This document shows, piece after piece, positions 44,026 to 64,000 of a DNA stretch of 64,000 nucleotides. The translations under genes were made by a program, and so were the position numbers. The notes beneath the pieces were generated by a model. That model did no database searches, was not told where the DNA came from, and saw only the letters and a program-made list of their open reading frames with translations. How positions within the stretch are numbered: position 1 is the first letter of the stretch; every line of letters begins with the position of its first letter. This stretch comes from the human T2T-CHM13v2.0 reference genome, Homo sapiens, in the NCBI RefSeq assembly GCF_009914755.1, contig NC_060941.1. One strand, written 5' to 3'.

Positions 44026-45691
44026 GAGGGATTTTCATCTTGATTCTCTGTGCTTCACAGAAGCTCAGAATAGGTTTTTGCACGAGTCAGTGAATAGTAA
44101 CTGCTTGGAACGTTAATTTTTTGTGAAATTTCTCCAGCCTGATTCTGCATGTGACAAGTGCTGACCCTGATCCCAAGCCCCACTCAGAGCTCAGAGTCTG
44201 TTGGGGAGAATGTGTGTGTAAATAAATGACTGTCCCAGACTCTCAGCTGCAGAGGTGATGCTAGGCAGGGCAGCCACTCAGGAGAAGCAGTAACCCTCAC
44301 TGTGCAGTAGTAGGTGGTCGGGTGGCTGACGGAGGGGCTGTGGGAGCAGGTCTTGCAGGCTGGTGGGCGGGGTCATGAGCTGAGGCGCACAGGTGGGCAG
44401 GGGGCCTGGGGAATGGGGCTGGCAGTGTGTGAGGAATTTGGGTGCAGGTCCCGGGTGATGATGACCCAAGTCACGGCTGCTTTCCCCCTGGCCTCATGAA
44501 GGTGGGGTCTGTGCCCCTCTGCTCAAGTGGGCCCTGGAATCCGGCCCAGTGCCCAGCATGAGAATGGAGGAGGGAAGTGTCCTGGACGAGCAAATGAGTA
44601 CATGGCAGCCCTGAGCTTTGGAGCCTAGGAGGTGGGAGGAACAGGGACGCCACCACAAACGCGAAGCATCCGCGGGAGCACCCGGGGGTGCAGGTTCTGG
44701 GGAGCGGAGGCCCCGAGCTGAGGTGACACGGGCCGCTCCGTTTAAAAACAGCCTTTCACTGTCAAGCTAGAGTCTGTCCGACTGTCTGTGTGCTGCATGT
44801 GGATCTGTTTTTCCATGTGAGCTTTGGGGAACACCAGTTTGAGCACAGAGATTCAGAAGGGCAGCCCAGACCACCAGGCTGAAGCAGCTAGAGAACTCTG
44901 TACGTGGTCACCAGGGGACGCCTGGCGCTGCGAGGGAGGCCCCGAGCCTCGTGCCCCCGTGAAGCTTCAGCTCCCCTCCCTGGCTGTCCTTGAGGCTCTT
45001 CTCACACTCAGATGCACGTGGCTCAGAACACAGAGGTTGCAGGGGAGCTCCTGCTGCGCCTGCCTGCACTCCAGGACACATCCTGAGGAGGCTCTTCCAG
45101 ACACGGTGCATTCACTTAGAAGGTCAATTTGTGTAACCTGAATATGACTGGAGTTCATCTGTGTGCCTCCTAGGACACAGCTAAAATTGGGACACTGGGG
45201 TCAGCCTCCTCCTGGTCCCTTGGAGGGCACACGTTACGAACAGGTTCTCCAGCTCCAGGAGCTCCTGAAGGTCTGCGGAGAAGTTCAGGTGCAGGAGGCC
45301 TCAAAACCATAGTTCCTTTCAGATCCAGTTAATATCAATAAATTTAAACATTTTCTTTTCCAAGCAAGATGGCTAATGCCTGTAATCCCAGCACTTTGGG
45401 AGGCCGAGGCAAGCGGATCACTTGAGCCCAAGAGTTCAACTCTAGCCTATGCAACACAGTGAGAACTCATCTCTACAAATTATAAAAATAAACAACATTG
45501 TCTTAGTATATTCTTTTAAAAATAGGTATTATGAGATTTATCGCTGAAGCTCTCATTTGTTTAAAGTGAAATTCAACTAGAAATATATGTATTATTCGGC
45601 CGGGCGCGGTGGCTCACCCCTGTAATCCAAGTACTTTGGGAGGCCGAGGCGGGCGGATCACAAGGTCAGAAGATCAAGACCATCCTGGCTA

Positions 45692-45910
<219 letters not shown>

Positions 45911-46029
45911 CTATAAATCTCACTTGTTCCTGAAATCTGGTGAGATTTAAAAGATCTCACTGGCCAGTTGCAGTGGCTCACGCCTGTAGTCCCAGCACTT
46001 TGGGAGGCCAAGGCAGGAGGATCACTTTA

Positions 46030-46236
<207 letters not shown>

Positions 46237-46329
46237 TCAAATAAATAAATAAAGAAATAAAAATAAAACATTTACCAATTTTTAACTTTTTAATTTTTAT
46301 GTATTTATTTTTTTGAGATGGATGGCTGA

Positions 46330-47009
<680 letters not shown>

Positions 47010-47035
47010 TAGCCAAGAGGGTCTAAATCTCCTGA

Positions 47036-47395
<360 letters not shown>

Positions 47396-47589
47396 TGAGC
47401 CACCGCGCCCGGCCTGTTTTATTTTATTGTTTGTTTTGTTTTCTAAGAGACGAGGTCTCACTCTGCTGCCCAGGCTAGAGTGCAGTGGCACAATCATAGC
47501 TCACTGCAGGCTTGAACTGGCCTCAGTGATCCTCCCACCTCATCCTCCCGAGTAGCTGGAACTACTGACTGGCTCCACTGCACCTGGCC

Positions 47590-49440
<1,851 letters not shown>

Positions 49441-49636
49441 TGTACTTTGGGAGACTGAGGCGGGGGGATCACAAGGTCAGGAGATCAAGACCATCCTGGC
49501 TAATACGGTGAAACTCCATCTCTACTAAAAATACAAAAAAATGGCCGGATGCAGTGGCTCACGCCTGTAATCCCAGCACTTTGGGAGGCCAAGGCAGGTG
49601 GATCACGAGGTCAGGAGATCGAGACCATCCTGGCTA

Positions 49637-49963
<327 letters not shown>

Positions 49964-50012
49964 TCAGGAGATAGACCATCCTGGCTAACATGGTGAAACC
50001 TCATCTCTACTA

Positions 50013-50177
<165 letters not shown>

Positions 50178-50226
50178 TTAAAAAAAAAAAAAAAAGTAGT
50201 CCAGGTGTGGTGGCTCATACCTATAA

Positions 50227-50540
<314 letters not shown>

Positions 50541-51213
50541 TAGCCAGGATGGTCTCAATCTCCTGACCTCGTGATCTGCCCGCCTTGGCCTCCCAAAGTG
50601 CTGGGATTACAGGCGTGGGCCGCCGCTCCCGGCCTCTACAAAAAATTTTAAAAATAGCTGGGCATATGGTGGGCACTTGTGGTCCCAGCTACTTGGCAGG
50701 CTTGAGCCCAGGAGTTCTAGGATACAGTGAGCTATTACCATGCCACTGCATTCCAGCCTTGGTAAGAGAGAGAGACCCTCTGCTAAAAAATAATAAGAAG
50801 GCCAGGCACTGTGGCTTATGCCTATAATCCTGGCACTTTGGGAGGGTGAAGCAGGTAGATCACTGGAGCCTACGAGTTCAAGACCTGGACAACATACCAA
50901 GATCCTGTCTCTACAAAAAAAAAAATACAAAAATTAGCTGGGTATGGTGGTGTGCTCCTATAGTCCTAGCTATTCAGGAAGCTGAGGTAGGAGGATCACT
51001 TGAGCCCAGGAGGCGCAGGCTGCAGTGAGCCATGATTGCACCACTGCACTCCAGCCTGGGTGACAGAGTGAGACTGTCTAAAATAATAATAATGGGCCGG
51101 GTGCGGTGGCTCACGCCTGTAATCCCAGCACTTTGGGAGGCCGAGGCGGGTGGACCACGAGGTCAGGAGATTGAGATCATTCTGGCTAACTGGGTGAAAC
51201 ACCGTCTTTACTA

Positions 51214-51426
<213 letters not shown>

Positions 51427-51435
51427 TTAAAATAA

Positions 51436-51720
<285 letters not shown>

Positions 51721-51873
51721 TGAGATTACAGGCATGGGGCGCCGTATGGCCAATTATTATTATTATTATTTTTGAGACGGAGTCTCACTCTGTCGCCCAG
51801 GCTGGAGTGCAGTGGCATGAACTGGGTTCACTGCAGCCTCCGCCTCCGAGGTTCAAGTGATTCTCCTGCTTGA

Positions 51874-52071
<198 letters not shown>

Positions 52072-52196
52072 TGAGACAGTGTTGCTTTGTCACCCAGGCT
52101 AGAGTGCAGTGGTGTGATCACTGTTCACTGCAGTCTCCACCTCTAAGGCTCAAGTGATCCTCCTGCCTCAGCCTCCTGAGTAGCTGGGATTACAGG

Positions 52197-52812
<616 letters not shown>

Positions 52813-52843
52813 TAAATTATTTTTGGCTGGGCACGGTGGCTCA

Positions 52844-55930
<3,087 letters not shown>

Positions 55931-56487
55931 CTTGTAACAGCAGCAATCAAAAGAGGTTCAAAAATCAGAGTTAGGTTGTTGTAATAAAACTTCCTCTCGT
56001 TCTATTTATTTCTATGTATACATTAATGAAATAACAGGGATAATATTTATATACACCTGCCTCATTATAGCAATAAGCACTTTTCATCAGTGGATACATG
56101 AGTGAATTGTCAGCGGGGAAAAGCTCCAGACATGTTATTAAAAGATATGTCTCCAATGTAATTCAATTTTTTGGTCTTAATAAAAATTTACAGGCTGGGC
56201 ACGGTGGCTCACCCCTGTAATCCCAGCGCTTGAGGAGGCTGAGGCGGATGGATCGCCGGAGCTCAGGACTTCGACACCAGCATGGGCGATATTGCAAAAC
56301 CCCATCTCTGAAAAAATTCAAAAATTAGCTGGGCATAGTGGTGCACACACCTGTAATCCCACCACCACGCCCGGTATATTTTTAGTACAGACAGGGTTTC
56401 TCTGTGTTGGTCAGGCTGGTCTTGAACTCCCAACCTCAGGTGATCTGCCTGCCTCGGCCTCCCAAAGTGCTGGAATTATAGGCGTGA

Positions 56488-56721
<234 letters not shown>

Positions 56722-57362
56722 TAGCCAGGATGACCTCGATCTCCTGACCTCATGATCCGCCCGCCTCGGCCTCCCAAAGTGCTGGGATTACAGGCGTGAA
56801 CCACTGTGCCCGGCCAATTTTTGTATTTTTAGTGGAGATGGGGTTTCACCATATTGGCCAGGATGGTCTCCATCTATTGACCTTGTGATCTGCCCACCTG
56901 GGCCTCCCACAGTGCTGGGATTACAGGTGTGAGCCACCATGCCTGGCCTGCCCATCTTTTTTTGTTGTTCTTTTTTTCTTTTCTTTTTTTTTTGAGACAA
57001 AGTCTCACTCTGTCACCCAGGCTGGAGTGCGGTGGCACGATCTTGGCTCACCGCAACCACCGCCTCCTAGTTAAAGCAATTCTCCTGCCTCAGCCTCCTG
57101 AGTAGCTGGGATTACAAGCATGCGCCACCACGCCCAGCTGATTTTTTGTATTTTTAGTAGAGACAGGGTTTCACCATGTTGGGCAGGCCGGTCTTGAATT
57201 CCTGACCTTTAGTGATCCGCCTGCCTCGGCCTCCCAAAAGTGCTGAGATTACATGTGTGAGCCACCACACCCGGCCTGGTTTTTTTTTTTTTTTTTGGTT
57301 AAATGATACACTTCCTATTTATCATTTCCATAGTCATCTCAATGTCCCCTAAAATCCCTCTA

Positions 57363-57644
<282 letters not shown>

Positions 57645-57932
57645 TCAAAAAAAAAAAAAAAAAAGGAAAAGAAAAAAAAATTCCTCTAATACATAAGTGA
57701 ATATTTAATGAAACAATTTTTTCTGTCTAGGAAATCCTGCCAGAACACTTTGCACCTGTAGGAATTTGTACTATAATTACAAACACATATATGGCAATTA
57801 AGACATGTAAATGTAGGTCGGGCATGGTGGCTCACGCCTGTAATCCCAGCACTTTGGGAGGCCCAGGCAAGTGGATCACGAGGTCAATAGATCGAGACAA
57901 TCCTGGCCAACAGGGTGAAACCTCGTCTACTA

Positions 57933-58163
<231 letters not shown>

Positions 58164-59047
58164 TTAGAAAAAGTTTTTACACATTGAAGGAATAAAAATG
58201 CATGAACTGACCCTGATGTCTCCTGCCTGGGGCCCCCAGTTGGTGGTTCCTGTTCAGGATCTCCACTTTATCCTGCTCCGTTTAAGTCCAGTCTCAAGTC
58301 TTTCTACTCACACTAAACTCCTTTTGTACCTACATTATGATGATGATGATTATTTTCGAGACAGAGTCTGGCTTTGTCACCCAGGCTGGAATGCAGTGGT
58401 GCAATCTCCGCTTGCTTACTGCAATTTCCGCCTCCCGCGTTTAAGCGATTCTCCTGCCTCAGCCTCTCAAGTAGCTGGGATTATAGGCACGTGCCACCAC
58501 ACCCAGCTAATATTTGTATTTTTAGTAGATATGTGGATTCACCATGTTGGCCAGGCTGGTCTCCAACTTCTAACCTCAAGTGATCCACCCACCTCGGCCT
58601 CCCAAAGTGTTGGGATTCAGTCATGAGCCACCGTGCCAGGCCTCTGTACCTAAATTATATCATTTCTCTCTTCTAATTGTTCTTTGCTATTTAACAAGCA
58701 GCAAATAGAGGAACCCTGGGGTGTTTGCTATAACCTGTATATATAGGCTATAATAGGATCTTCTCCTCACACACCCTGCAGGAACCACCATGCTGAAAGA
58801 AGTGAGACAATTCAGGGGGCAGTCCCTCCCCAGCAGAGACTAAATTGGTACCATTTGTTGCTATTTCAGTTTTGCGAAGATGCGCGCTTGGAGCCCAAGC
58901 CATGGTTTCTAGGGCTGACACTGACTTCCCACGGAATTCTTCCTGTTTAAGAGGTTGTAGACTTTTCATGATCCTGAACCTTGAACGTCTCCACAACTGG
59001 TTAAGTACCCGTGAGATACATTTACAGGATTTTTTCTCTCTTTTCCC

Positions 59048-59275
<228 letters not shown>

Positions 59276-59520
59276 TGAACTCCTGACCTTGTGATCCACC
59301 CGCCTCGGCTTCCCAAAGCACTGGGATTACAGGTGTGAGCCACCGCGCCCGGCCACAGGATTTTTTCTTTTTAATGTTAGGAGTTTCATTGATTAGTGAA
59401 CATCTGGACTATTGATCATCTTGATTTAGATGGGATCTTGTAATTTTTTAAACGGTGGCGAAATTCTTTTTTTAAAAACTTAGTATCAGATTGGTTAAGA
59501 TATTAACTATTCGTTCATGA

Positions 59521-59705
59521 GAGTTCATATATATATAGTTCATATATATATAGTTCATATATGTATATAGTTCATATATATAATTCATATATATATAGTT
59601 CATATATATATAGTTCATATATATAGTTCATATATATATAGTTCATATATATATAGTTCATATATATATATAGTTCACATATATATAGTTCATATATATA
59701 CATAT
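59521..59705. repeat. AT-rich minisatellite (AGTTC(AT)4-6), ~12 units
   Basis: Directly visible; abuts the tail end of an antisense Alu. Confidence 0.92.
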
Positions 59706-60189
59706 GAGACGTAGTTTCACTCTTGTTGCCCAGACTGAAGTGCAGTGACGCGATCTCGGCTTACTGCAACCTCCACCTCCCAGGTTGAAGCAATTCTCCT
59801 GCCTCCGCCTCCCAGGTTTAAGCAATTCTCCTGCCTCAGCCTCCTGAGTAGCTAGGACTACAGGTGTGCACCACCACACCCGGCTATTTTTTTTTTTTTT
59901 TGTATTTTTAGTAGAGCTGGGATTTCACCATGTTGGCTAGGCTGGTCTCGAACTCCTGACCTCAGGTGATCCGCTCGCCTCGGCCTCCCAAAGTGCTGGG
60001 CTTACAGGCGTGAGCCACCGCGCCCGGCCTCGTGTATATTTTTAAACTGTGTGCTGACGACAGTTAAGTAAATGTGATTCAGAACTTCTGCGTATTTTGC
60101 AGGACAGTTTTGACACAATGACATGACTCGCTAGCCAGGAAAGATAACGACATCCAGTCCTGGAGCTGCTGGTTAAAAACGAACGTGTC

Positions 60190-61640
<1,451 letters not shown>

Positions 61641-62063
61641 GGAACTGCCCCGAACTAAAATCTATGTCTCTTAACCGATGAAGGGTTGTCTGTTGTCTTT
61701 TGTTGTTGTTGTTGTTCAGTCGTTTTCAGTAGTGAGCTGTTTCAAGAGTGCGGTGTTTTAAGCAGGAAGGACTCCTTTTTCCCTGCCGTGTTTTCAGTAG
61801 GCCAAATTGGAAGACGCTTCAAGCATGATGGATTTTCAATCTGTGCTCTGAACCTTAAAATTTAGGGAAAACTAGATGCTTTTCGCATAACTTCTACAAA
61901 AAGACAGTTGATTAGGAATTATTACAAGGTCATGTAGAGTGTTAAGTCAGCCTGATAGGGAACTGCCTATCCTGCTACAAAACAATTTAGCTTGGTCCTG
62001 TGGTTTTATGAAGTTATCGTTTACTCTGCTTGAAACACAAACTTGCTGTCTAGGAAATGCTAA

Positions 62064-64000
<1,937 letters not shown>

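Overview
Primate (human-like) genomic DNA, very Alu-dense, recognisable as the NARF-FOXK2 locus (human 17q25.3). Bases 1-31.5 kb hold NARF on the + strand: the end of intron 1, ten constitutive coding exons that splice into one open frame (1344 nt including the stop; the first 9 codons lie upstream of the window), and proximal and distal poly(A) signals. The intron after the exon ending at 22134 contains an Alu hairpin whose 138-nt cassette exon needs A-to-I editing both to create its 3' splice site and to remove an in-frame TAG. That is the most striking system here, but it is already published. The intergenic region holds an intact initiator-Met tRNA gene (35644-35715, minus strand), a possible ancient retroviral RT relic (~37.2-37.6 kb), an orphan CpG-island promoter with tandem E-boxes and a G4-type VNTR (~37.9-38.7 kb), and a long Alu/L1/LTR block (45-60 kb). 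FOXK2 starts at ~60.6 kb with its CpG-island promoter and exon 1 (FHA domain). Nearly all other ORFs in the supplied track are Alu-derived or GC-rich artefacts. I found no convincingly new system; the best undescribed candidates are the orphan promoter, the RT relic and several predicted NARF splicing switches.
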